A DNA stretch of 64,000 nt. Origin: Basidiobolus meristosporus CBS 931.73. Its lineage: Eukaryota; Fungi; Basidiobolomycota. Under the pieces are notes generated by a model. It was not told where the DNA came from. It worked only from the letters and a program-made list of their open reading frames with translations, and searched no databases. The translations under genes were made by a program, and so were the position numbers. The stretch covers positions 62,001 to 126,000 of the forward strand of contig MCFE01000072.1 in the NCBI GenBank assembly GCA_002104905.1. Direction: 5' to 3'. Positions 50,848 through 63,827 of this stretch are shown in pieces. Numbering within the stretch: position 1 is the stretch's first letter; each line of letters opens with the position of its first letter.

Positions 50848-52480
50848 TCACTCAATAACTATTTCTGCTGTGACGCTCTGGTTCCACAACTTTGGTGGGA
50901 ACCCAATGGCTTTATGCCACTGTTCATTCACTAGTTCCCACATGTCCTGGTCTTCAGCCGGCACTGCAAGGTCTAGCACCTCATCTGCCAGTCTTTGCAA
51001 TAAATCCTTGCAATATTCCAGTGCGTTTTCTTGAGCACTGCTCTTGAAGAAGTGCTGCAACCTCTTGGTGTGCCTATTAATGTTCCAAAACTCCACTGAA
51101 AGCATTGTGATAGTGTTTTGAGCTCTTGACATTGCAGCCTTGTCTGTCAGTGGGATCTCCACTCTGTCAACAATAGAAGATGTGGAGGCTGTGGTCAACA
51201 AATTGCATTTTCCAGCAAACGCATCTACCTTACTGGAGTGTAGCTCAACTGGCTGCACTTCCAGCTCTTGTGACAACAGCTGTTTTCTTGTTTGTAATTC
51301 TTCTTGAATATGATGGTATTCTGTCTGTTCATGGCTTGTGGTGTTAACTGCCAAGAACTGCAGTTTTTTTTGCATGCCTCCCTGTCTCAGCCTTGGTCAG
51401 ACATTTTTCCCTTAGCCTTCTCCTTTATCACTGCCAGGTCTGTCACTGCTACTTTGTCTGATAGCTTCTTGTAAAGAACTACGTTTTCTCCTGGATAAAA
51501 TTGGCTCTGCCGCATCTGTTTTGGCCTGCTTGTTCATTACTGTCACTCTTCTGGCAACATGATGTTTCTTTTCAGCTTGTTTTGAGCTCTCAACTGTAGT
51601 TGTGATGGGCTCCTTCTGGCAGCCTGATGTTTATTTTCTACTGGTTTTGAGCCCTCAACTGTAGTTGTGACAGGCTCCTGTAAAAGCAGCTGGTTTTTAT
51701 CATTGCCAGGTCCTTCACCAATACTTTGACTGGGTGCGCTTTGAATAGAACTATGCTTTGTCCTTAATAAATGTTGTGCTGGTGCATCTGTATCTGCCTG
51801 CTAGTCCCTAATTGGCACTCTTCCAGCTACCTGGCATCTCTTTGATGCTTGTCTAGGGCTTTTGGCCCTGCTTGTAACAGGCTCTTGAGGAAGCTTCTGG
51901 TTTTTAGCCATGGCACCCTTGTTCTTCTGCCTTTGATAATTTCTGCTTTGCTGAAGATACTTTCTTAACATACCAATGCTGGCCCAAAATCTGTTTGCCC
52001 TTATAAATGCAGGATAATGCTCATGGAACAAGTCAAGTGCATTCTGCTTGGCCTTGAGTTCCTGATGGTCCCATGGTATGCCAGCCTTAAGGTGATGGCA
52101 TGCCAGACTTCTGATGGCCTTTTGAATATTAGCCCAAGCTTCATTAATGCATACAACAGCTTTATGGATCTTCAATGTCTTTTAATTTTAAGGCTTTGGT
52201 ATAAACACCACATTGTGCCCCTCCCACACTGTGATAGCTTTCTCTGTGGGCTTTATCTTTGGGCACTGTTGTTGTGCTACAACAACTGTACAGTGTTCCT
52301 CTGCTATTACATTGGGAAATGGCTCAATTCTTGGCTGTGACATTGCGCTACTTGAGTTCCTTCTTTGCAGCAAAGATACTGCTCTCTCTACCTAGGATAA
52401 TGATTGCTCTACATGTATTATCCACTCATCCTGTTTCTGAGCTATTTCCTGATTTCTCTGGGCCATTGCATCTATCCTAG
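50848..52480 (-). pseudogene. ORF-A of the CMC element (accessory protein, unknown function), fragmented
   Basis: IPWDHQ..YPAFIRANRFWASIGMLRKYL and downstream segments recur at 32.3-33.7 kb, 49.1-50.4 kb and 62.5-62.9 kb. Confidence 0.6.
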
Positions 52481-53119
52481 CAGCCACTGCACTGTAGAAA
52501 TATTAGAGAGATATATTGGAATTGAATTGGAGAATTAAAAGATTTACATGATATTCACTTGATGTTTTATTGAGTTGCAACACAGTATTTATACTTATTG
52601 CAGAACTACGTAAATGCAACTATTTGGTCATTATTAGGGGAGTCTCAGGAGTACATGTGCCAAGTTTTGGCTCATTTGGACAAGTTTCAGATTTTCCTAA
52701 AATTCTGTACTTCTCTAATAATTAGTAAATATCTTACAAACTAATTTTCATGTTGATAATCTGAAATATATCATTTCACTAAGTGCTAGTTCATAATATA
52801 TTAATAATTAGGTGGACTCCTAATTATTTCAACATGCACCTGATTGCTTTATTAATGCTTTGGTATGAGCTGACAGCATACTTGCTAATATGGGTGATGG
52901 TTATATTATCATGGCCACTTGCTAGTCTTCAACTGAGGGTACTGTGTGTGCTACATTCTCATCTGCTCAAGCATAACGGTCAGCTTGTGGCTCTGCAGAG
53001 GTTCTCAATTGCCTACTTGACTGAGAGCCTGAGGAGTCTGCATTATTACCTTCAATGGGCACACTGTCCACAGGGCCTTCTTTGGATGTAGCCTTGCTTG
53101 TTGCACTGAATGCCTAAGC

Positions 53120-53468
53120 TGTTGTAAAAATTTGTATTTCCACCTAAATATTCACCTAACTTAGTCACTTAGATCATTATCTTCAAAAACTAGAGAATAC
53201 TGGCCAAATTACTTGTTGGGATTTACTTGGAATATTTTCACCAAAATACCAGGTACCCAGAACAAGAAAATTCTCAAAGTTGTCCAAACAGCCCCAAACT
53301 TTGCACACATGCTCTTGGGACCTTCCTCAGCCTATTCTACGTGTTTGTAATGCCAAGGCCATGTAAAAATATAAATACTACTTTTACATTCAATAAATCA
53401 TTAAGTGAAATCCACATAATCTACTTGTTTGCCCAATCACTTCCAATATCTCCAAGACTCTTACAACT
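53120..53468 (+). mobile_element. Solo copia LTR
   Basis: TGTTGTAAAA start; homologous to 30633-30982; TSD degenerate (TAAGC/GAAAC). Confidence 0.8.
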
Positions 53469-53943
53469 GAAACAAGCTGTTGTCCAACTGTTCTTCTGTT
53501 GCCATCAGTGGTGGGGCTTGATTGAGAACCGGACAACTTTACTTTATTTTTTGGTGGCATATATATATGGAAGTGAGTCAAACCAAAGGGGAAATAGTGT
53601 TACATATACATGTGTATGTGGTGCCACAATTTTATTTATAATACTTACTATGGCAGGTCATCATTGAATCTTACATTCACGTAGGTGCAATGTCTCAAGT
53701 ACAAGACTGTCTTAAGTTCACATGAGTATTGACCAAAAAGTGATATAATAGTGTTACGTCATTGAAGGTCAAACTGTTTGCCCCATGGACAAGACTACTT
53801 TGACTCAATGTTGTAAGAGAAGAGAAAAAAGACCATGTGGTTATTGTGGCAAGCCTCTCAGCCATGATGCATGTAGACAGTATAGGAAGTATTACAAGGA
53901 TCATGGCCAGTGTTTTGCCACCTAAGTCATATTTGACCAGTCA

Positions 53944-56200
53944 TTGGTCACTACTGTACCAACATTATCTTGCCAGCCAGTTGATACTTCTATATCAGTA
54001 CCTGGCTGTCTTTGTCACCTTGCGCAAACTGAGTCAGGTGAGTTTGTAACACCATTAGGCTCACCTCAGCCTTCTGAATATGGCATGCAGAGTGATAGCT
54101 CTGACAAAGAAGGTTCACTGATGGATTTTGAGCCTATCCCCCCTAACAACAGTACTATGTATGAGCCGGGTCAAATCCTCATATGCAATGAGACAACACC
54201 TGTTGAAACAAATGCCAAGGATACTTTATGGAGCCAAGTGAGCCCAGTAATCTATCTATTATTGATTGATGTAATGTTGTGGCTAGAGAAGTGGCGCATT
54301 TCCACTAATATCAGTTATGGGGGCTCTGAGGATTCTTTACTACTTCTTGCCAAAATCATACCGGGATGTAATTTACCATGTACATGGTATAAGTGTGCAA
54401 CCGTCATGTGGCTGGCAACATATGATTCAGAGACTGTCCTGATTCCAGCATGTGTTAACAGTTGCATGGCATTCACATCCAAGAATGCTACCATTGCAAC
54501 ATGTCCAAATTGTCAGGAATCAACCACCATTGAGGGAAAACATTGTTCACACTCCAGTTATATTCCAGTCATACCCATCCAAGGAAGCTGATGCAGTCCA
54601 ACAAATATTGCAAAGCTATACAGTACCACACTCAGAATCAATCAAGCGCAAGCATATCCAATATATTTGATGGCAAGCATTACAAGCAGCTAAGAAGCAA
54701 GGGCTACTTTGAAGGTATGTATGACCATGCCTTTGCTTTAGCACTTGATGGATTCTCATTAAACAAGTACTCTACCAGCAAATCCTGCTGGCCAATGATT
54801 CTCATCAATCTGAATCTGCCACCCATCTTACGGTATCAGAGCAATAATCTGATGGTAGTCCCATTGGTATCTGGGCCTAAACCATCACCCAACCTGGATA
54901 GCTACCTGTATCCATTGCTGGAAAAATTTTGTATGCTTTCCAGCATGATAACAGTAAGCGGCTGGCATGTAAAAGCACATATTATTATCTGCATTGGAGA
55001 TACCCCAGCCATCAGCAAGATAGCAGGTTTTCCCAGGCACAATGGATGGTATTGCTGTTAAATGTGTGAGTTCCAGGGGATTTACTCCATAACTTACACA
55101 CATTATTATTACCCAAACACTAGCACTAAGAACATCATTTTTCCACAGAGAGAATGTACAGAAGTAAGCATGCAATTGCAGCAAAGTTGGCAAGCTATAA
55201 GCCATTGGCCGGAATATGGAATCAACTGGAAACTGGAGATATATAAGATAGAGGGTAACTGTTGGAGCAAACCTTTTCACTGGGACCAATGCATTTGCTT
55301 TTCAACAGTATCCCTATACTGATGACCAAGTTGTACATGGTGTATTTCAAGCTAAATGAGCCCTTTGAGATACTGGAGAAATTTGAAAGAATTAGCAAGA
55401 TATTACAGAGTATCCCCCACCCTAAGTACTTCTCACAGGCTTCAATTAATATTCATATGCATATGCAACAATACAAATGCAAAGTCTGGATGAACTGAAT
55501 ATGTATTTATTCAAGTGGTGTTTGGAAGCCATTCCTGCCAAGAGTACATTGGAAGCATAGGGAGTCATATTTGGACATTATAGGAATATTTATCCAGAAG
55601 CAGATCACCAATGCCAACTTGATAAATCTACAGCTGTTGTGTGGGGAGTTTGTAAAGGGATTTGAGCAGCTACACTGCAAACATAAAGCGGAATGTATAG
55701 ATCTCTGCCACTACTGTATCTATACTCTACTCTATCTTGGACAGTGTGTGGAGAATATTGGGCCTTGCTTCACCTTTTGATAGTTTCCTATGGAGTGGAT
55801 GTGTGGGGAGATAGGAAGACAAGTCAAGTTGCAGATACAACCATATACCAATCTCATCAGGAATATTACCTTCAATTCACTCATGGATGTGATGAGTTGG
55901 AACATGGAGGATGGCCCAGAAGGGTTGGAAATTACTGAGGACATATGTGCACATGGAGACACCTATGCCTATGTCATTACAAAGCTAAGCAGCCCCAATG
56001 CATGGGTAATCAGTTAAGTAATGCAAAGTTGGGTTGAGTGCAACAAGCAGCTAATTCTTATTAGGAAGACTCTGCCAAGGTATGCTGGATTTCTCATGGT
56101 CACAAACCAACTTCTACACCATTCAATACAGAACTCACACAAACAAGTAGAAAATGGAAACGCCATTTGGTAAATTGGTATGGTAGCACTATACAGAACC
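53944..56200 (+). pseudogene. EnSpm/CACTA (Transposase_21-like) transposase with frameshifts and stops
   Basis: ACVNSCMAF..CPNC; IFDG..ALDGF..WPMILINLNLPP..RY..GPK..NLDSYL..GDTPAISK..HNG..C. Confidence 0.88.
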
Positions 56201-56689
56201 AGCTGTAGGCCGTTATACTGCTAATATAATGCCATCAGTATCTTGCTGTGAGGCTGTCAAAATACTGTCATGTTTCTTGCCATATAAGGAAATTTGACAT
56301 CCTGGCCAACTGGATCCACTTAAAATAGTTGTGGTGCGCTAAAAGACCGCAACAATACCATGCAAATATTGTCACAGCACCAATAAAATATTGTCAAGTT
56401 GTATCCCTTTATTTGGCTGTAAAATTAGCAAAACACTGTCATGATCCTGTCAAAAGATTGTCAGGAGGGTCACTAATTCCTAACTGCTGGCATTATGATG
56501 GTCTCTTAGCAAGATCCTGATGGCTGATCTGGACTGGATCCACCCACAGGACCAAATTATTTTTCATAGGGTATATGTAGCCTGTATTGCAAGGTTTGTG
56601 GATAGTTCACAAGTATCACACAGCAGAGTCATAATTTTCAAAGAGTTGTTTGGTTTTGCAGATATATAATCTTGATAAGATGTAAGGAT

Positions 56690-58000
56690 TCTGCTTTGAG
56701 AGCATCATAATGTTAGCAGCTTGGAATTAATCACCCTCTTCATAATTGTATGGCAGGATTGTGAAGGTGTTTGCCTGTTTTTGCTGCCATAAAAGTAGAA
56801 ACTTGGCAATGTTTTAATAGTCTTTTGGCAGGACTTGCAAGGCTTTTGAAGGACTCAGTGTGGTCTACATTTATTTAAGCAGAACTAACTAGCCAATACA
56901 TGCAATTGCCTTACATTGAAGAGCTTAAGCATGTTTTGACCTGCTTGTTGCAGACCTTGATTGGAATTATCATGGAGTAGTGTGGCCAAAAGCTAGTCTT
57001 GTACAATACTACCACACCAATTTACCAAATGGTGTTTCTTCTTTGTACCTCTCCATGTACATTTGTTACATCCTACTTTTGAATCACCCTTCCTTATTTG
57101 CTTACCCATTACTACCACAGGGCACCCACTGCAATCAACACCAATCTGTCACCCCATCTTTACAGCTTTTCAGTGCAACACCTGCAATGTTACTATACAC
57201 CTGTATTACTTGTGATATATACATTATGCAGGAGTATGCATGGTAGCCACCACTTTACCATGAATACCTCCTAAATACCTGCAGAGTACTTTTGGTACTT
57301 GGTAAATATGTTCCTTCTCCCTGCTAATTCTAGCCACTCACATATGTGTACTGTGGTTCTTGCTGGTACAAATTCCGTATTTAAAGGTACAAAGATTAGC
57401 TTGTATCCTACAGAAGCTTGGAATACATTGGTAAAGAAGTATATATGAGCTTAAGATAGGCTTATATCTGAAACACTAAACCTACAAAAATGTAAGCTTT
57501 AAGAATAATTTACCATTGTATGTTTCCTTGGTATAATTACCCTATAAGAAATATTTATGATGATCATGTCCAAAGTCCATCACAAAGCTAAAGTCTCATG
57601 ACTAGGAGGTAGTGTTCCCACCAGGACACTGTGTAAAGGCTATTGACAAATAATTGTACCCCCAATTTTGCAAGAAACTTGCTCAAAGTTTTTCATCACA
57701 ACTGTACATAAGTGGCTTGTGATTGGTCCTCTGCTAATCATCTCATTCTCTGATCCTGTACATTCAATCACCTCCTTTGTTTGTATACTTAGATTTGCTA
57801 TTGCCTCTTTTTTGTATTCCTTACTTCCCAACTCAACCAATTCTCTTACATTTTATGCATACATATTGATTTATTTCCACTGAAACATCAGCTCTACTTC
57901 ATTTGCCAATTATGTTGACCTATACAAGTCCCTATACCCAACACTAAACTTAAGCCCAACCCCACACTCAACAAGTGACTCTATTAAAATCCACCACTTA
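56690..58000. mobile_element. Further CMC fragments: reversed transposase 3-prime part (56690-57440) and a left end (57540-58000)
   Basis: Homology to 19530-20320; CCCTATAAGAAAT at 57540. Confidence 0.62.
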
Positions 58001-59484
58001 AGGCTTGAGCAGGCCTTTTTCTTTATACATTTACCCCTATGAAAACTAATATGGTCCTGCAGGTGGATCCTATCCAGATCAGCCATCAAGATCCCATCTG
58101 GGGACCATTATAATACCAGCAGCTTGGAATTGATGGCCATCTACACAATCTTATGATAGGATCACAGCAGCATTTGGCAAATTTTGCTGCCAAATAAAGT
58201 TAAAAAACATAATGGTGCTTGAATAGTGTTTTGCCAAGGGTGGCATGGCATTGTTGTGGACTTGTTGCACTCTATAATGCTCAGAGTGGATTGAACTGGC
58301 AGTACATCCAATTGCCTTATATGGCAAAAAGCTTGTCAGTGTTTTGTTGGCCTCATTGCAAGTCTCTGATGGCATTATCATGGCAGTGTGGTGCCCTACA
58401 GCTAGTTCTGTATAATGCTACCATTACAATTTACTAAATGATATTTTCTTCTTCTACTTGCCCTTCCGCAACCCATATATTCCACTCTAGAATCCCCCCT
58501 CCTTATTTGCTTACCCACAACTATCTTGAGTATTTCACATATAATGTAAATCAAAAAACACTATGGCCTCCTGCTTACCAGCCTCTACAATCATGCAAGC
58601 CTACCAAAATTGACATACTTTGCAATAAAAATGTGTTATTTGGTTCATGACAAATAGTAACAATTCAATGCAATTGCATCATCTTCTCCTAGGTTTTTTT
58701 CTCAGAGGGAATACAACTGAAGCATATGGTTGTGATACATTTTGCACACCTGAACTACTTTCTTGTTGACTATAATCTTGGCTACTTGTGTACTTGTAGT
58801 CAGTTTTTTGCCTTGTAGTTGATGAGTGCAATGCTGGAGCTTGGCTGTGCTAAATTGCTTCAGACAAAATGCTGGAATCAGCCTGCAGTGCCACTTGCTG
58901 ACATGTTCTTTTACTTGCCAAGGCTCTGGTTGTAGAGGCACTTCATGTGGGTCATCATCAGTCATTTCACCAGAAGTGACTTGCAGATGGTCAGGTGTGC
59001 TGGTATGTGCAGGTGCAACTTGATGCATTAGCATAGCCCTTGGCTGAGTTCAATGCGATGTTACATGTTGATGAAACTTGGCCTGCTCCAATGGACTTGT
59101 GTCTAAATGAGCAATTTGGTGGGTTCTCTTAGTCTTGCTCTGAAGCGCACATGTTGATTGTATGCGCATTGACTCAATGCAGGACACAGTTGTGAGGGGT
59201 GCTGGCATAGATTTGACTGACATGTGCCAGTGCACCAACATTGCAGGGGATGGTAAGGAATCCAGTGTGGCATGCTGGCACAATCAAGAAGCAGTTGCTT
59301 GCAGTCTGTATTCCTCCTCTTGAAGTTCACCTCCTAATACCTCAAGGTACTCACTTATGCTCTGCCTGATACATCAGAACTGTTGCCTTGATGAGTCCTG
59401 TGTGTATTGCTCTTAGAAGCCACTTAGCTCTACTGATATATCACATAGTACATTAGTCATTTGAGGCAAAAACTCATTCAAAAT

Positions 59485-59695
59485 AGACTTGTTCCATCAT
59501 TCTAGCTGATCATAGTGCCCAATAGTGCCATAGAGTGCTAGATGGTGCCTGATCATGCCACAGAGTGCCAGATGGTGCCATAGAGTGCCAATTTGGGATC
59601 AAAATTGACATTCATATGACCCTAAAATATCAAATTAATAACAAAATATACAGCACTTTCTGGCACTATGATCAATGACACAATGGAACAAGTCT
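59485..59695. mobile_element. 211-bp MITE, TIR AGACTTGTTCCAT, TSD AAT
   Basis: aat|AGACTTGTTCCAT...ATGGAACAAGTCT|aat; removal restores register with the 22010-22050 copy. Confidence 0.9.
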
Positions 59696-60165
59696 AATCT
59701 CTTTGGTTCCCAAAACTGCGGCACAAACAGATGCGTCCAGCCCATACTGTGCAAATTGAGCATGGAATTGTTTGTGCACAGCTTCCTCATCAAGTCCCCT
59801 CACTCTCAGCTCATTCTTGATTTCCTACTTGTCTTGTTGTATATCTTTTTACATACATCCACTGGAATCTTGATGTAGAGCTCATGCCAGAGCCTTCAAC
59901 TCAGATTCTTTCATTTCTGCCCACTCTCTGTGGTATCCAGCTCTGCTAGATTAACTAGTAGTGACCATGTATTGGTATGAAGGCTTATCATAGACACTTG
60001 GGCCATACTAAAATCATTTGGCAAGAACTTAAATGGATCTGTCAATAACGTTTCTGGTCCAGACTGTGCTTGTGAGCTGGGGGATGTGTTTTGTCTGGGA
60101 TGTACTAAATATGAGTTGAGACTTGGTAGAGGGACCATAGAGATGGATCTGGATTCTTATACAGT

Positions 60166-60899
60166 GGACTTGTTCTGTTGGATAGTGCCACATTGAGCCA
60201 TGAGTGCCAAATGATGCCATAGTGTGCCAGAGAGGCCAAGTGAGCCTATACTTGGCCACAGAGTGTGAAACATGGATCTGCATCTTCATGCAAAGCAGCC
60301 CCTGTGTTTCACCTATGATGCAGGAAAAAATCCATTTTTTGACGTTTTTTTGTGGATCAATGTTATGCAGGATGTGTAAGAGCACAAAAGGATTGAAAAT
60401 ATGCATTTGGTACTCAATACCCATGGCACTCTGAATCTAACTCCTGTGGCTTGTAACATGTCACAACAATGCATGGCACTATCTTGGTCCACTGGTACTA
60501 TCTGGCACTATAAGTGCTTTGTATAGATCTTACTTTAGGGCTAATAATTAAATATAGTGCCAGATAGTACCAGTGGACCAAGATAGTGCCATGCATTGTT
60601 GTGACATGTTACAAGCCACAGGAGTTAGATTCAGAGTGCCATGGGTATTGAGTACCAAATGCATATTTTCAATCCTTTTGTGCTCTTACACATCCTGCAC
60701 AACATTGACCTAAAAAAAAAGGTCAAAAAATGGATTTTCTCCAACACAATTGGTGAAACACAGGGGCTGCTTTGCATGAGGATGCAGATCTATGTTTCAC
60801 ACTCTGTGTCCAAGTATAGGCTCACTTAGCCTCCCTGGCACACTATGGCATCATTTGGCACTCATGGCACAATGTGGCACTATCCAACGGAACAAGTCT
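60166..60899. mobile_element. 734-bp foldback element (arms about 346 bp, spacer about 41 bp), TSD AGT
   Basis: Arms are near-perfect reverse complements; agt on both flanks; the empty site matches 21540-21570. Confidence 0.92.
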
Positions 60900-63827
60900 A
60901 GTAATATATTGGCATCAACCTGGTCTTGTATGAAATTTATATGAAAACTAATGTGATTGTTGAATATTCCATACATTATGCATAGTGCATGTTGGATTGC
61001 ATTGACATGGATCAGATCACATCATTGCAGATTTCTTATTTGATTATAGACTTGTGAGTATATTATCAATAAAGCCACAAAGTCATTGTTTCAGGATGAT
61101 TTTTGCAACATAATGTTGGGATTCATGTCAATTAATGAAGATTTAGTCACAATGAATGGAAATAGATAATTAAGCTGATTACACCAAATCAATTTTAACA
61201 CCTCTACTCAATCATGGACCAATTTTTATGACTTACTCATCTGAATGGTCTTTTCTCATCAGTCCCATCACTACAGCCGGATATCCTTTTGACACATTAG
61301 AAGATATATATACCAAGTATTATGGACCATCTAGCCCAATCTAATCAAGGAGATCCCCTGTTAAGCTTCTCTGCTATTAAAAGAGCTATTGCCCTACAAG
61401 CTTTCAATCAACCATTGATGGCAACAGATGTACTGGAGGCTTTCATTCCCAGCTGACGGCAATGAAAACCATCTTGCAGTGGGTATGAATGACTTGGAGT
61501 AAGCCTGGAATACTATACTCAGAAGCACCAATAGACTTCCATATCTCACAGCATTCAGCCACAGGTTCCCTATTAGGAGTGTTTTGGATACCTTCCCAGT
61601 CAGGATTAACAGGCCTTCTAGAGGGCAGAGTCACTTTTATTCTGGCAAATACAAGGCACACTGTATGAAGTTTCAAGTACTGTAACATCATCTGGTTTAG
61701 TGGGTGATTTGTTGGAAGTAGGCATGGCAATGCACTCTGGGTAGAGAATCATCCAGGATTCAGTGGAGAGGAGAAGTGTAGGGCAGACTTAGCTTATATA
61801 GGAGAGGATTGTCTGAGATTAGGATGTATTACAGCTCATAGGAAGCTAAGGAATGGAGTGCTTAGCAGGAAGCAGAAGCTCTACAATGAGATATTTAATA
61901 ATCTCAGAGTGAGAGTAGAGCATACATCTGGATATGTAAAGAGATTCAGCATATTAGCAGGTAAATACAGAGGAAAGTTATGAACAGGAGAAAACAGCAG
62001 AATAGGTAAAATAGTCACAATACTTATTAAAGCACAGTACATTCATACAAGAAGACATCCACCAAGAGAAATGTGTCTGAATCTTTATGAAGAGTAAATA
62101 AAGCACAAAAAGCACTGTTCTGAGTAACATAAGTAAGGTTGATTAGAGTTACCAGTAATTGTATCTTACCACTGGCATAATGGTAGGCATAAGAGTGCTA
62201 TATCAATCTGGCACTATAAACACGCTAGCACTATGTGGCACTATCCAGCCAAACAAGTCTAATATATTCCTTCTCCCTGCTGGATAATAGTCCCCCTTTG
62301 TTGAAAAGCAAATGAATTGCTCCTGGTGGAAAGCATTTGCTCCAACAGATACCCTCTATCTTAAGCATCTCTGGATTCCATTAATTACATATTCTGGTTG
62401 ATGGCTTATAGCTTGCAAACTTTGTTGCAATTACAGATTATCTTTTATATGTTCTCTGTGCAGGAAGACAATGTCCTAGTGCTAGTGTTTGGCCAACAAT
62501 AATGTGTGTGTTATGGAGTAAGTCCCCTGGATCTCACTGATGGAGATCCCACTGACAGACAAGGCTACAACATCAAGAACTCAAAAGACTATCACAATGC
62601 CTTTGGTGGAATTTTGGAACATTAATAGGCACACCAAGGGGTTGCATCACTTCTTCAAGAGCAGTGCTCAAGAATACACACTTGAAAATTGCAAGGACCT
62701 GTTGCAATGACTGGAGGATGAGATGCTAGACCTTGCAGTGCTGGCCAAAGACCAGGATGTGTGGGAACCAGTGAACAAGCAGTGGCATAAAGCTTTTGGG
62801 TTCCCACCAAAGTCATGGAAACAGAGCATTACACCAGAAATACATATTGAGTGGTGGATTTTAATGGAGGTACTTGTTGAGTGTGGTGTTGGGCTTAATG
62901 TTAGTGTAGGGTACAGGGACTTGTATAGGTCAATATAATTAGCTATTGAGGTACAATTGAAGTTTTAACCGAAAGAAACAACTTGTTTGCATGAAAAATA
63001 AGTGAATTGGTTGAGTCAGGTAGTAAGGAGTGTGAAAAAGAGGCAATAACCAATCAATGCACACAAATGTAGGAGGTGAAAGAGTGTCTGGGATCAGAAT
63101 GTGAGAAAATTGGCAGAGAACTAATTAAAAGCCACTTTTGTATTGTTGTGATGAAAAATTTTGACCAAGTTTTTTATGATATCTTGGGTGCAATTATTTT
63201 TTGACACTCTTTGCATAGTGTCCTGGTGGAATCATTACCTCTTAGTCATGGGAATTGGAATCTGTGACAGCCTTTTGATGGAATCATCACAATAATTTTT
63301 CATAGAGAAAGTATTTCTCACAGGCTCCAAGCAATATTGATATCTATATGCAACAATACAAACACAAGGATTGGATGGACTGGATGAATATTTATTCAAG
63401 TGGCCTTCGGAAGCAATTTCTTAGTAGCAACTGAGTCCTGTTTGATTGGATACCTTCAGCTCCTTAGATAGGCAGGCTTTAGTCTCCTCCAATATTTCTA
63501 AGTTATTGGCAGCAATAATAAGTTCATCCGCACATAAAGCTAATAGACCTGAATCTGTTCTATCTGGCTTATTGTATATAGTATAGTCTACAGTACTCCC
63601 TCATGAACCCAAAGATTCCATATATGAGTCCATCTTGCAATTCTAGGCATTTGGTGACTGTTTGAGTCTATTTAGGGACTTTTTAAGCTTACAGATATAA
63701 TGGGAGCTATCCTGGTCAAAAAACCCATCAGGCTGGTCCATGTACCCATCCCAGCAAGTTTCCTTGTCAAAGATGCAATCTTGACATCCATTTGATGACT
63801 CAAAAGCCTATACTTACCTGTAATATA

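Larger units (their letters stand above)
50470..56571 (+). mobile_element. Most complete CMC/EnSpm copy: ORF-A (-) and transposase (+), right TIR ...TTTTCATAGGG
   Basis: Colinear with the other copies; ends at the shared TIR. Confidence 0.82.
58650..62260 (+). mobile_element. PHIS-type element: ORF2 remnant (-), transposase remnant (+, about 61200-62040), right TIR ...GGCACTATCCAGCCAAACAAGTCT
   Basis: VLDTFPVRINRP..YSGKYKAHC..ADLAYIG..LYNEIF..RVRVEH..KRFSIL; inverted homologue of 20390-22700; left terminus not found. Confidence 0.8.
58035..63307 (-). mobile_element. Internally deleted CMC copy with both TIRs, hosting the PHIS element
   Basis: CCCTATGAAAA at 58035 and TTTTCATAGAG at 63307; CMC sequence resumes at 62261; no TSD found. 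Confidence 0.6.

Noticed and set aside
59500-59600. Spaced TAGTGCCA/GAGTGCCA repeats resembling a CRISPR array
   Set aside because: Short, irregular subterminal motifs of a MITE in eukaryotic DNA; no cas genes.
58031-63311. TSD for the CMC copy with both TIRs
   Set aside because: Flanks (TTAC / AAAG) do not match at 2-4 bp.
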